A stretch of DNA of 32,000 bases from Phycisphaera mikurensis NBRC 102666. GTDB taxonomy: Bacteria; Planctomycetota; Phycisphaerae; Phycisphaerales; Phycisphaeraceae. The stretch covers positions 2,730,001-2,762,000 of the forward strand of contig NC_017080.1 of NCBI RefSeq assembly GCF_000284115.1, given 5' to 3'. The translations under genes were made by a program, and so were the position numbers. The notes beneath the pieces are model-generated. The model saw nothing but the letters and a program-made list of their open reading frames with translations, was not told the DNA's origin and did not search any database. The stretch's first letter is position 1. The number at the start of each line of letters is the position of its first letter. This document shows, piece by piece, positions 8,813 to 17,942 of the stretch.

Positions 8813-8866
8813 GGTTCGGGCCCGGCTCTGGGTCTGGCTCTGGGTCGGGGCCTGGGTCTGGTCCTG
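8813..8866. repeat. Imperfect hexanucleotide tandem array (GGTCTG consensus, ~9 units)
   Basis: ggttcg ggcccg gctctg ggtctg gctctg ggtcgg ggcctg ggtctg gtcctg, read directly. Lies in the convergent gap between DUF1501 and mgtE. Confidence 0.7.
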
Positions 8867-8956
8867 GACGTGCGACGCCTCCGAGAGAGACACGTCCGCG
8901 CGCGTCTCGGCATCGGCACCGCCGCCGCGTAGCCCCCGGCCCGCCGCCCCTCGGCC

Positions 8957-10390
8957 TCAGAGCACCGCCGCCGCGATCGCCAGCACCGCCAGGAACGCGG
9001 CCATGTCGATCGTCGTCTGGACCACCGGCCCGGACATCATCGCCGGGTCCAGGCCCACGCCGCGCAGGAGCAGCGGCACGCTGCCGCCGACCGCCGTCGC
9101 GAGCAGCATCACCGGCGGGGCGGCGAAGCCGAGGGTGAGGCCCATGCCCAGGTCCCCGCTCCAGGCCCAGCCGGTGAGGAACAGCGCGAGCCCGACGCCG
9201 GCGCCGATGAGCAGCGCGGCGGTGACTTCCTTGCGGATCACGCGGCCGACGTCGCGGGTCTTGATCAGGCCCAGCGAGATCTCCCGCATCGAAACGGCCA
9301 CCGCCTGCCCGCCGCTGCTGCCGCAGAGGCCGGCGACCACGGGGAGGAACTTCGCGAGGCCGGGGCTCTCCCGGATCGTCGGCTCGTAGAGGCCGATCAC
9401 CGAGGCGGAGACGAGCGTGAGCCCGAGGACCGGCAGCAGGAAGGCGAGCCTGCGGCCGGCCCGCGATCCGACCGGCATCGACCGCAGCTCCTCGCCGCCG
9501 ATGATGCCGCCGGTCTTCGCGAGGTCCTCCTCGGCGGCCTCGCCGCGGTGCTCCTGCACGGCGGCCCGCTGCACGACGCCCAGCAGCCGGCCGCGGGCGT
9601 CCTCCACCGGCACGGCGGAGTAGTCGACGCGGTCGAAGAGGTCTTCGAGCTCCTCGACCGGCGTGTCGGCCGCGGTCTTGACGAAGTCGCGGATGGCCAG
9701 CGTCGCGAGCTTGGCGGAGCGGGCGCCGAGCACGAGCCGGCGCATCGGGACGACGCCGGAGAGGCGGCCCGCGGCGTCGGTCGTGTAGAGGTAGCGGACC
9801 TCGTACGCCCGGTAGCCCTCGCCGTCGCGGGCCTCCTCCGCCGCCCCCTCCCGCAGCCTCCGCACGACGTCCTCCACCGCGTCGGCCTCGTCGAAGCGGA
9901 AGATCTCGGTGATCATCAATCCGCCGGCGGTGTCGTCGGGGTAGCCGAGCCGCTGCCGCAGGTCGGCCGCGGCGGTCCGGGGCAGCTGGCGGAGGATCTC
10001 GCCCGAGGCCGCTTCGCTCATCTCCGCGAGCACGTCGGCTTGCTCGTCGGAGTCCATCCGGATCACGACCAGCGCCGCCGCGGCCGGATCGACCTCGCGC
10101 AGGAGGGCCGCGGCCTGGCTGTCGTCGAAGTGTTCGAGCAGGTCGGCCGCGAGGCCGGGGTCGGCGCGGGCGAGCCGATCCAGAAGCGCCTGCTGGTCGT
10201 CGGGGCTCAGGTGGTCGACCGTCCAAGCCGTCTCCTCCGGAGGGAGGTCGCGGACGGCGAGCACCAGCTGCGCGTCGGTGGCCTCACGCACGTCGGCCGC
10301 GAGGCGGAGAGGCAGCTCGGCGGGGTGATCGGCCGCCGCCGCGGTCGCACCGTTGCCGTCGCCGTTGCCCTGCTCGTGCGGCTCAGCCAT
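8957..10390 (-). CDS. mgtE: Magnesium transporter MgtE
   Basis: N-terminal MgtE_N-like acidic helices, a CBS pair region, and a C-terminal TM domain with FLPVVAGLCGSSGGQAVAV and DPAMMSGPVVQTTIDM motifs. Confidence 0.9.
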   Translation of the reverse strand: MAEPHEQGNGDGNGATAAAADHPAELPLRLAADVREATDAQLVLAVRDLPPEETAWTVDHLSPDDQQALLDRLARADPGLAADLLEHFDDSQAAALLREVDPAAAALVVIRMDSDEQADVLAEMSEAASGEILRQLPRTAAADLRQRLGYPDDTAGGLMITEIFRFDEADAVEDVVRRLREGAAEEARDGEGYRAYEVRYLYTTDAAGRLSGVVPMRRLVLGARSAKLATLAIRDFVKTAADTPVEELEDLFDRVDYSAVPVEDARGRLLGVVQRAAVQEHRGEAAEEDLAKTGGIIGGEELRSMPVGSRAGRRLAFLLPVLGLTLVSASVIGLYEPTIRESPGLAKFLPVVAGLCGSSGGQAVAVSMREISLGLIKTRDVGRVIRKEVTAALLIGAGVGLALFLTGWAWSGDLGMGLTLGFAAPPVMLLATAVGGSVPLLLRGVGLDPAMMSGPVVQTTIDMAAFLAVLAIAAAVL

Positions 10391-11183
10391 CCGCGGCGGC
10401 CGCCCACCGCTCGTGCGAGGCTTCGCAGTTGAGGTCGAAGTGCAGCGGCGAGAGCGTCACGTAGCCGTCGAAGAGGGCTTCCGCGTCGCTGCCCTTCTGC
10501 GCCCGGCCGACGTTCATCGTGCCCAGCAGCGAGTAGGAGCCCACGCCCGCGGTGCCGGTGCCCGGCCGCGGGACCGTCTTGTTCGTCTTGTACTTCGCAC
10601 GCATCGGCTTCGTGGCCGTCGTCACCAGCTTCGTGCCCCTGGGCTCCTTGCCGCCCTCGAGGATCGGCAGGTTGATGTTCATGAGCGTGCCGGGCTCGAG
10701 CCCCACCGCCACCGTCCGCTCGATCGCCTCCCGGGCGTGCTCGGCCGCCCGATCCCAAAGGTCTCCGGGCTTCTTCTTCATCCCGTCGAGGTGCAGGCTG
10801 ACCGCGATCGCCGGCACGCCCTCGAACGCCGCCTCGCGGGCGGCGCCCACCGTGCCGGAATACAGCACGTTCTGCCCGATGTTCGCCCCGGCGTTGATCC
10901 CGCTGATCACGTAGTCGAAGGCCCCCGGGGCTCCGGGCAAAACGCCGGCGAGGCCGAGCTTGGTGCAGTCGGCCGGCCGCCCGTCGACCGCGTAGCCCTC
11001 ACCCCAAGGAAACTCCCGCGGCTCGACCTCCACCGGCCGGTGCAGCGTGATCGCGTGCGACGTCGCCGACTGCACGTCCCGCGGGGCCACCACGAAGACG
11101 GAGCCAAGGCCTTTGACGGCCCTCACCAACGCCGCGATCCCGGGGGCGTCGATGCCGTCGTCGTTGGTGATGAGCATTCGCAT
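10383..11183 (-). CDS. surE: 5'/3'-nucleotidase SurE
   Basis: MRMLITNDDGIDAPGI start, SGINAGANIG and YSGTVGAAREA motifs. 8-nt overlap with the mgtE start (ATGGCTGA). Confidence 0.9.
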   Translation of the reverse strand: MRMLITNDDGIDAPGIAALVRAVKGLGSVFVVAPRDVQSATSHAITLHRPVEVEPREFPWGEGYAVDGRPADCTKLGLAGVLPGAPGAFDYVISGINAGANIGQNVLYSGTVGAAREAAFEGVPAIAVSLHLDGMKKKPGDLWDRAAEHAREAIERTVAVGLEPGTLMNINLPILEGGKEPRGTKLVTTATKPMRAKYKTNKTVPRPGTGTAGVGSYSLLGTMNVGRAQKGSDAEALFDGYVTLSPLHFDLNCEASHERWAAAADG

Positions 11184-11191
11184 GAAACGGG

Positions 11192-11197
11192 ATCGTA
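11192..11197 (-). promoter_or_regulatory. -10-like box TACGAT, 8 nt upstream of surE ATG
   Basis: Minus strand reads TACGAT cccgtttc ATG. Part of the recurrent TAnnnT-start pattern. Confidence 0.4.
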
Positions 11198-11370
11198 GGA
11201 AGGCGAGGAGGAGCCGCTACGCGGCTCGGCAAGCGGGCAGAAGCGAGGGGAGATACAGAACAAAGTCGGCGAGTGCCGCTCCAACAACCGCGGCGGCGTC
11301 GCTCTTGCTTGAGCCTCCCCTTCTCGCTCTGCCTCTGCCTTGTCTTCGCTTGGGCCACGCAGCGGCCGCT

Positions 11371-11376
11371 TACGCT
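11371..11376 (+). promoter_or_regulatory. -10-like box TACGCT, 6 nt upstream of lysA ATG
   Basis: TACGCT cgcacc ATG read directly. Confidence 0.45.
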
Positions 11377-11382
11377 CGCACC

Positions 11383-12672
11383 ATGCCCCCCGCCCTCGCT
11401 GAATCCTCCACCCTCCCCTACAGCCCCGTTGAGGTCGCTTCCCGCTTCGGCACCCCGACCTACGTGTACGACGCCGCGACGCTGCGGGCCCGGGCGCGTT
11501 CGCTCACCGGCCGGGGGGCGACGATCCGCTACGCGCAGAAGGCGAACAACAACACCGCCGTGCTGGCGTTGCTGCGGGCGGAGGGCGTGGTGGTGGACGC
11601 GGTGACGGCGGGCGAGATCCACCGGGCGCTGGCGGCGGGCCACGAGCCCGCCGACGTCGTCTACACCGCCGACGTCTTCGATCGCGACGCGGTGGAGGCT
11701 CTGCACCGGCACGGCTGCCCGGTGAACGCCGGCAGCCCGAACATGCTCGCGCAGCTCGCCGACGCCGGCCTGGAGCACCTCCCGGTGACGCTGCGCCTCA
11801 ACCCCGGCTTCGGCCACGGCCACAGCCGCAAGGTCAACACCGGCGGGACGTCCAGCAAGCACGGCATCTGGCACGAGCAGCTCGAAGCGGTGCTGACGCA
11901 GGCAACGTCTCTGGGCCTGTCGCGGGTCCGGGGCCTGCACATGCACATCGGCTCGGGGTCGGACTTTGCGCACCTCCACCACGTGTGCGACGCGATGGTC
12001 GCCGCGGCCGAGGCGTGGAAGGCGGCGGGCGGCCACGAGCTGGAGGTGATCTCCGCCGGCGGCGGCCTGCCGATCCCGTACCGCAAAGGCGAGGACGAGC
12101 CGCTGGATCTCGACCGCTTCTTCGAGGCCTGGACGGAGGCTCGCGACCGGGTTTGCGCCATCGTCGGCCGCGAGGTGGAGCTGGAGGTCGAACCGGGCCG
12201 CTACCTCGCCGCCGAGGCGGGGAGCCTCGTCGCGGAGGTCCGCGGCACCAAGACGCAGGGCGAGGGAGACGACGCGGTCGATTACCTGCTCATCGACGCC
12301 GGCTTCAACGACCTGCTCCGGCCCGCGATGTACGGGGCGTACCACCATCTGGAGGTCTTCGCCGCGGACGGCCGGGAGCTGACGCGAGAGCGGGACTACG
12401 TCGTCGCCGGCCCGCTGTGCGAGAGCTGCGACGTCTTCACCCAGGGCGACGAGGGCGTCGTCCAGAGCCGCCGGCTGCCCGTCCCCGAGCCCGGCGACCT
12501 GCTCGTGATCCACGACGCCGGGGCCTACGGCGCCGCGATGGCGAGCCGGTACAACGGACGCCGCCTCACCGCCGAGGCGATGGTGATCGACGGCGAGCTT
12601 CACGAGATCCGCGCCCGCGAGCCCATCGACGAGCAGCTGCGCTACGAGCACATCCCCGATCAGCTCCAATGA
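11383..12672 (+). CDS. lysA: Diaminopimelate decarboxylase
   Basis: FGTPTYVYD, YAQKANNN, LNPGFGHGHS..KHGIW, HMHIGSG, EPGRYL, AGPLCESCD and GAYG motifs of PLP-dependent group IV decarboxylases. The ORF upstream of 11383 overlaps surE antisense. Confidence 0.9.
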   Translation: MPPALAESSTLPYSPVEVASRFGTPTYVYDAATLRARARSLTGRGATIRYAQKANNNTAVLALLRAEGVVVDAVTAGEIHRALAAGHEPADVVYTADVFDRDAVEALHRHGCPVNAGSPNMLAQLADAGLEHLPVTLRLNPGFGHGHSRKVNTGGTSSKHGIWHEQLEAVLTQATSLGLSRVRGLHMHIGSGSDFAHLHHVCDAMVAAAEAWKAAGGHELEVISAGGGLPIPYRKGEDEPLDLDRFFEAWTEARDRVCAIVGREVELEVEPGRYLAAEAGSLVAEVRGTKTQGEGDDAVDYLLIDAGFNDLLRPAMYGAYHHLEVFAADGRELTRERDYVVAGPLCESCDVFTQGDEGVVQSRRLPVPEPGDLLVIHDAGAYGAAMASRYNGRRLTAEAMVIDGELHEIRAREPIDEQLRYEHIPDQLQ

Positions 12673-12726
12673 GCGAAGGTGTCAGGTACATTCAGCGCGG
12701 CGCTGAATGTACCTGACACCTTCGCT
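12672..12726. repeat. Perfect palindrome, 27-bp arms with 1-nt centre (putative U-tract-less terminator or REP-like element)
   Basis: AGCGAAGGTGTCAGGTACATTCAGCGC g GCGCTGAATGTACCTGACACCTTCGCT. Begins at the last base of the lysA stop codon. The arms are less GC-rich than their surroundings. Confidence 0.6.
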
Positions 12727-12738
12727 TCGCCGCGGACC

Positions 12739-13359
12739 ATGAGCGAAAACGGCCCGAATCCGCCGCGGTCCGCGGATACAGCCGACTTCACCTACGAAGA
12801 CGTGCTGGGCTGGTGCGAAGACTGCCGGCGTCCGCTCACCGCCAGCGACCCGGAGAGCGGGCCCGGCGAGGCGATGCCCCGCGCCTGCCCGCACTGCCTG
12901 CGGGCCTACGACCCGGCGAAGCCGGACTCCTTCCGCCACGCCGCCCCGCCGCCGCCGGCCCCGTGGTGGCGGACGCCCGAGGCCTTCTGGGGCTACGCCG
13001 CGCTGCTGAGCATCCTCGTGGGCCGGATCGTGCTCAACGCGCTCGGCGATCCCTTCTTCACCGCGGCCACCCGGCCCGGCTCCGGCGCTTACGACAGCTC
13101 GATGATCGTGCAGGGCGCGGGCGCCGTCCTCGCGGTGGTGCTCGGGGTCGGCCTGGTGCTGCCGTGGGTCTTCCTCACCGTCTACTTGGTGCTCATCGCC
13201 ACCGAGCACCTCGGCGAGGGCCTCCCGCTGGCCTTCGGCCTGGGCGTGTTCACCGGCGTTGTGCTCTTCCTGGGGTTCCCCGGCGGCTGGCTGCTCGCGG
13301 GGGGGATGCTCGGTGGCTTCGCGGGGGTGGTGAAGAGGTGGCGGGAGCTGCGGGATTGA
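12739..13359 (+). CDS. Hypothetical membrane protein with N-terminal CxxC...CxxC zinc-ribbon-like segment
   Basis: WCEDC...CPHC pairs followed by about four hydrophobic helices. GC3-rich codons. No family recognised. ATG 12739 is the first start outside the palindrome. Confidence 0.55.
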   Translation: MSENGPNPPRSADTADFTYEDVLGWCEDCRRPLTASDPESGPGEAMPRACPHCLRAYDPAKPDSFRHAAPPPPAPWWRTPEAFWGYAALLSILVGRIVLNALGDPFFTAATRPGSGAYDSSMIVQGAGAVLAVVLGVGLVLPWVFLTVYLVLIATEHLGEGLPLAFGLGVFTGVVLFLGFPGGWLLAGGMLGGFAGVVKRWRELRD

Positions 13360-13519
13360 GCGCGCGGGCGGGCGGGGGAGCGAAGGCGTCCGCATCGCGG
13401 TCTCCGCCGGCGGTGGCGGGGTCGCTCTTGCTGCCGGTCCGAGTCCGCCGCGCTCGGTCTTCTCCTCTCCCTGCGTCTGTGCCGCATCGCGGCACGAGCG
13501 GCTCCTCCGCTGCGCCGCT

Positions 13520-14530
13520 TCAGGCCTCCCGCTCGACCGTGTTCGGCCCGCGCTTGCCCTTCCGCCCGTAGGTCACCTCCCGCACGTCGCCCTGGTTTCT
13601 GCGGAAGAAGTCGATCGTTCGCTCGAGCCCGTCCTCGAGTCTCACGCCCGCCTTCCAGTTCATCATGCTTTCCGCCTTGCTCGTGTCCAGGCAGCGGCGC
13701 GGCTGGCCGTCGGGCTTGCTCGCGTCCCAGGCGATCTCGCCCTCGAAGCCGGTGAGCTCGACGATCATCCCGACGAGGTCGCGGATCTTCACCTCCCGGC
13801 CGGTGCCCAGGTTGATCGGCGTCGGTTCGCTCACCCGCTCGGCCGCGGCGACGATGCCCTCGGCGGCGTCCTCCACGTAGAGGAACTCGCGCGTGGCGGT
13901 GCCCGTGCCCCAGACCGCCAGCTCGGCGTCGTGCCGGTCCGCGGCCTCGCAGCACTTGCGGATGAGGCCGGGGATCACGTGGCTGGTTTCAAGATCGAAG
14001 TTGTCGTGCGGCCCGTACAGGTTCACCGGGACGACCACCGCCGAGGCCATGCCGTACTCGGCCCGGTAGGCCTCGAGCATCGTGAACAACGCCTTCTTCG
14101 CCACCCCGTAGGGCGCGTTGGTCTCCTCGGGGAAGCCGTTCCAGAGGTCCTCCTCCTTGAAGGGGATCGGCGCGTGCTTGGGGTAGGCGCACACGGTGCC
14201 GGTCTGCACGAACTTCTTCATCCCGCGTTTGCGGCCCTGGTCGATGAGGTGCAGCCCCATCGCGGCGTTGGCGTAGAAGAAGCGGCCGGGGTGGTCGCGG
14301 TTGGCGCCGATGCCGCCGACCTCCGCGGCGAGGTGGATGACCACGGTGGCGTCGGCGTCGTCGTACATCCGCGTCACCGCGTCAAGCTGGGTGAGGTCGT
14401 AATCCGCCCGCCGCGGGATGAAGATCGCGTCCTCGGGCACGCCGCGGGCGAGCAGCCGCTCCCGTACGAAGCGCCCGAGGAAGCCGGCTCCGCCGGTGAC
14501 GATGATCCGCTCGTTCGTGAGGTCCAACAA
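13520..14530 (-). CDS. fcl: GDP-L-fucose synthase (GDP-4-keto-6-deoxy-D-mannose epimerase/reductase)
   Basis: VTGGAGFLG Rossmann motif, NAPYGVAKK (YxxxK), NLYGPHDNF, HVIPGLIRK, and overall SDR-extended layout directly downstream of gmd. Confidence 0.9.
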   Translation of the reverse strand: MLDLTNERIIVTGGAGFLGRFVRERLLARGVPEDAIFIPRRADYDLTQLDAVTRMYDDADATVVIHLAAEVGGIGANRDHPGRFFYANAAMGLHLIDQGRKRGMKKFVQTGTVCAYPKHAPIPFKEEDLWNGFPEETNAPYGVAKKALFTMLEAYRAEYGMASAVVVPVNLYGPHDNFDLETSHVIPGLIRKCCEAADRHDAELAVWGTGTATREFLYVEDAAEGIVAAAERVSEPTPINLGTGREVKIRDLVGMIVELTGFEGEIAWDASKPDGQPRRCLDTSKAESMMNWKAGVRLEDGLERTIDFFRRNQGDVREVTYGRKGKRGPNTVEREA

Positions 14531-14612
14531 GAGCTCCGGCCCGGAAGTGGCTTCGGGTGGGCCCGCCTGGCGGCGGGATGAAGGCGGGCTCCCCCGAGCC
14601 CGCCGGTGAGGT

Positions 14613-15767
<1,155 letters not shown>

Positions 15768-15934
15768 TTACCGGCAACGTGCCTCACCGGGCACGGAGGG
15801 GCCACCCGGATCCGGCCCGCCGCGGACCGCGTGCCTCCGGAGCTCCCGAAGCCCGCGGTCCGCGGATCCTCTCACCCGGCGGCGCGGCCCGGTGCCCCGG
15901 GGGGCCGTGACGCGTCCGGCGCGGCGGGCCGCGG

Positions 15935-15940
15935 TAGCTT
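15935..15940 (+). promoter_or_regulatory. -10-like box TAGCTT, 6 nt upstream of bcp ATG
   Basis: TAGCTT ccatcg ATG read directly. Confidence 0.45.
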
Positions 15941-15946
15941 CCATCG

Positions 15947-16447
15947 ATGGCTTCACCTTCACCTCCGATGGCCGCGACCGGCGGCGACCCAATCGAGCCC
16001 GGTGCCGGCGCCCCCGCCTTTGAGCTCGAGGACCAGAACGGCACGGCGCGCCGGCTGGCCGACGCCGGGGGCGCGCCGCTGGTCCTCTTCTTCTACCCCA
16101 AGGACGACACGCCGGGCTGCACGAAGCAGGCCTGCGGCTTCCAGGCCGCGGAGGCGATGCTGGCGGAAGCCGGCGCCACGGTCTGGGGCGTGAGCCCGCA
16201 GGGCGTCAAGAGCAAGCGGAGATTCGCCGACAAGCACGGGCTCGCGTTCCCGCTGCTGGCCGACGACGACGCGGCGGTGTGCGCGGCCTACGGCGTGTGG
16301 CAGGAGAAGTCGATGTACGGGAAGAAGTACGCCGGCGTGGTGCGGACGACGTACCTGATCGATGCCACCGGGAAGGTCGCCCGCCGCTGGGACAAGGTGA
16401 AGGTCGGCGGGCACGTGGACGAGGTGCTCGCGGCGCTGCGGGGTTAG
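15947..16447 (+). CDS. bcp: Thioredoxin-dependent thiol peroxidase (peroxiredoxin Bcp)
   Basis: APAFELEDQNG, LFFYPKDDTPGCTKQAC (peroxidatic Cys motif) and FPLLAD motifs. Confidence 0.9.
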   Translation: MASPSPPMAATGGDPIEPGAGAPAFELEDQNGTARRLADAGGAPLVLFFYPKDDTPGCTKQACGFQAAEAMLAEAGATVWGVSPQGVKSKRRFADKHGLAFPLLADDDAAVCAAYGVWQEKSMYGKKYAGVVRTTYLIDATGKVARRWDKVKVGGHVDEVLAALRG

Positions 16448-16539
16448 CGGTTCGGGGCTCTCGCGCAACGCGCGCAACCTCCCGATCGCCTCCGCGGGCG
16501 GGTCGATCGGAGAAGGGCGCGCGATGCTCTAGTGCCGCG

Positions 16540-17253
16540 TCACGCCGCGATCCGCGGGTAGAGGCTCAGCAGCTTGATCCGGGCGTCATCGGCGGTGAAC
16601 TGCCAGTGCACGCCTCGCTGGCTCTGGTTGCGAGCGGCCGCCCAGGCTCGGGCCTCGCGATCGATCTCCTGGATGGTGTCGATCCGTCGGCCGAGGCATT
16701 GCCTTGAGAGCACACTCAGTTCGCACTCGGCGATGTTCAGCCACGAACCGTGGGCCGGCGTGTGCACCAGCTCGATCCGCTCAGCGATCCGCCGCGCCTC
16801 TGCTGCCTCAAATGCTTCGTACAACGACGCGATCCTGTGGGTGTTCAGGTTGTCGCACACCAGGCGGATCCGCGTCGCTGACTCATAACGCGGGGCGTCC
16901 ACCAACGCCTGGATCTGGTGGGCCCAGTCCGCCGCGGTGCGTCGCCGACTGGTCCGAACGTCCCGCCACCCAGCCAACGGCTCGGTGAACATCCACAGGT
17001 TGCAGGTGCCGTGCCGCACGTACTCGTGGTCCTCGATCCGACGGCCGGTGGAGTCGGTGAAGCGGCGGCGGGTCTCGCCGATGAGCTGCTTGGGCTGCTC
17101 GTCCATGCACACCACCGGCAACGCCGGGTCGTAGGCGAGCGCGTACAGGCACAGCACCGCCTCCATGGCCGCCACGAACGCCGCGGACTGCTCCGGCGGG
17201 ATGCACCACATCTTCTTCCTCCACGGCTTCAGACCGTTTTTTGAAGAGCGCAC
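16540..17253 (-). CDS. IS630-family transposase, DDE catalytic part (orfB)
   Basis: LKPWRKKMWCIPP, VVCMDEQP, VCDNLNTH and HTPAHGSWLNIAECE are typical of IS630/Tc1-mariner DDE_3. Probably expressed by a -1 shift from orfA. Confidence 0.8.
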   Translation of the reverse strand: MRSSKNGLKPWRKKMWCIPPEQSAAFVAAMEAVLCLYALAYDPALPVVCMDEQPKQLIGETRRRFTDSTGRRIEDHEYVRHGTCNLWMFTEPLAGWRDVRTSRRRTAADWAHQIQALVDAPRYESATRIRLVCDNLNTHRIASLYEAFEAAEARRIAERIELVHTPAHGSWLNIAECELSVLSRQCLGRRIDTIQEIDREARAWAAARNQSQRGVHWQFTADDARIKLLSLYPRIAA

Positions 17254-17693
17254 CGCACCGCTTCGCGGCTGATCGAGTCCACCACCTTCAGCTCCACCAG
17301 CCGGCCGGCCAGGAGGCGGAGGCTCCAGCGATCATGGCCCTCGGGCGGGTCCGAGCAGGCGATCGTCACCAGCTGAGCTTCGCCTACGCCGTCGAGCTTG
17401 CGTTGCATCGCGCGGTCTTGAGGCTTGCGTTCGAGCAACGAGAGCGGACCTTCCTCGACAGCCTTCTTCCGCCAGCCCTCCACAGTGCGGACACCCGCGT
17501 CGAAAGCCTCGGCGATCTGCTCGTCGGTCCAGGCCGGAGCGCCGGGCGATTCGTCGCACTTGAGCAGGGCTTGCGCCCGCTGGATCTTCCAGCCGGCGAC
17601 GCGGCCGCTGCGGACCAGCGTGGTCAGCTGCTCCCGCTCGTCGTCGGTGAGGTGGACGTGGTAGAGCTTCCGATTCTTGAGCTTCGCAGCCAT
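17229..17693 (-). CDS. IS630-family transposase, N-terminal helix-turn-helix part (orfA)
   Basis: LTDDEREQL..., WTDEQIAEAFD.GVRTVEGWRK and WSLRLLAGRL HTH-like segments. ATG 17693 is preceded by GGAGG. An in-frame ATG at 17711 is also possible. Confidence 0.75.
   Translation of the reverse strand: MAAKLKNRKLYHVHLTDDEREQLTTLVRSGRVAGWKIQRAQALLKCDESPGAPAWTDEQIAEAFDAGVRTVEGWRKKAVEEGPLSLLERKPQDRAMQRKLDGVGEAQLVTIACSDPPEGHDRWSLRLLAGRLVELKVVDSISREAVRCALQKTV
17237..17242 (-). promoter_or_regulatory. A6 slippery run (CTT CAA AAA ACG) at the orfA/orfB overlap; candidate -1 frameshift site
   Basis: orfB lies in the -1 frame relative to orfA. Reading ..ALQK then NGLKPWRKK restores the contiguous IS630 transposase sequence. 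A T6 run is seen on the plus strand. Confidence 0.5.
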
Positions 17694-17777
17694 CCTTGGC
17701 CTCCGTTGCATTTGGTGGTGAACACGTGCACGGTGACGCTACACGCCTCACCCGCAGATCGGCGGCAGCCGCGGCAC

Positions 17778-17942
17778 TAGCAGGCCGCTGCAGAACCCCA
17801 TCGGGGCTGCGAGCGGGCAGAATCGCGTCTCGCTTCGTCGAGCGTAACCCACGTAGTAGACGGCTACGCGGGTCCCGCTCTCCTCGCGAGACACGATTCT
17901 GCCGCGCTCTCGCCTGACGCGAGGTTCTGCAGCGGCCTGCTA
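17778..17942. repeat. 165-bp MITE-like palindromic element (20-bp perfect terminal inverted repeats, TA-flanked)
   Basis: TAGCAGGCCGCTGCAGAACC (17778-17797) is the exact reverse complement of 17923-17942. Inner arms 17816-17833 and 17886-17903 match 17/18. Both junctions read CTAG. Confidence 0.6.

Larger units (their letters stand above)
16532..17777 (-). mobile_element. IS630-family insertion sequence (1246 bp) with TA target duplication in CTAG
   Basis: Imperfect ~34-bp terminal inverted repeats (GTGCCGCGTCACGCCGCGATCCGCGGGT... versus rc GTGCCGCGGCTGCCGCCGATCTGCGGGT...). Flanking TA at 16530-16531 and 17778-17779, each within cTAg. Encodes HTH plus DDE_3 transposase parts. Confidence 0.85.

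Noticed and set aside
8813-8866. The hexamer array considered as a CRISPR array or as a coding PD/PE/PG repeat
   Set aside because: The units are 6 bp and contiguous, with no spacers. The only ORF covering them is a shadow ORF running antisense through mgtE.
11198-11370. Possible lysine riboswitch or other leader structure upstream of lysA (imperfect inverted repeat GGCAGAAGCGAGGGGAG / CTCCCCTTCTCGCTCTGCC)
   Set aside because: I could not recognise L-box consensus elements. The -10-like box only 6 nt before the lysA ATG leaves no room for a 5' leader. The repeat is short and imperfect.
14531-14612. GC-rich hairpins (e.g. GGGCTCGGGGGAGCCC) between gmd and fcl as an attenuator or terminator
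   Set aside because: The stems are short, no U-tract follows, and the two genes form one pathway. Such stems are common by chance in DNA this GC-rich.
16448-16531. tRNA or small RNA in the bcp-IS gap (7-bp stem CCGATCG...CGATCGG)
   Set aside because: No tRNA cloverleaf or T-loop consensus is present. It is more likely a weak bcp terminator or nothing at all.
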